Made by a program: the position numbers and the translations under genes. Under the pieces are notes generated by a model, which worked only from the letters and a program-made list of their open reading frames with translations, did no database searches and was not told where the DNA came from. DNA of 63,198 nt, filler included, from Bigelowiella natans CCMP2755 (lineage: Eukaryota > Protista > Cercozoa), in the NCBI GenBank assembly GCA_000320545.1. It is 8 parts of 8 records of this genome, joined end to end, with 100 filler letters (N's around TTAATTAATTAA, not from the genome) between each part and the next. Parts side by side here need not be neighbours in the genome. Positions count along the whole stretch, not along the records: positions 61,428 to 63,198 come from ADNK01001226.1; 7 more parts are not named here. One strand, given 5' to 3'. Shown one piece after another: positions 63,097 to 63,198 of this stretch (positions are counted from its first letter, which is position 1; the number at the start of each line of letters is the position of its first letter).

Positions 63097-63198
63097 ATCT
63101 CTCTAGATCTTGGTCTTGGTCTGCTTCCCGTTGGTTTTGTACTCCTACACGTATGTGTTTGTGTGTGTTTGCGTGTAGTGTGATCAATATCAACATAA

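Overview
Eukaryotic nuclear DNA, intron-dense and microsatellite-rich, in eight contigs joined by artificial 100-nt spacers (44 N + TTAATTAATTAA + 44 N), so adjacency across spacers is unproven. A likely bipartite leader peptide hints at a secondary-plastid alga such as a chlorarachniophyte (inference only). Recognisable genes: a TrmA/RlmD-type RNA m5U methyltransferase, a GH79 heparanase-like hydrolase, MO25/CAB39, an ankyrin protein, a myosin-TH1 plus PH-domain protein, two alpha/beta hydrolases (one ABHD17-like), an IQ-motif protein, and an intronless head-to-head pair (SAM+TM protein, KDEL protein). Main discovery: several intergenic tracts have lost the TpA dinucleotide. 58701-60400 (1700 nt) has none by manual reading, and the few survivors nearby are almost all CTAG. 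Copies of a dispersed TIR-like repeat inside these tracts carry TA->TG/CA changes relative to copies outside, and decayed reading frames there look like Tyr->Cys/His and Ile->Met conversions. This suggests a targeted A-to-G hypermutation at TA[not G], the reverse of fungal RIP, possibly an undescribed genome-defence system. No candidate enzyme is encoded in this window. Exon boundaries and counts were read by eye.
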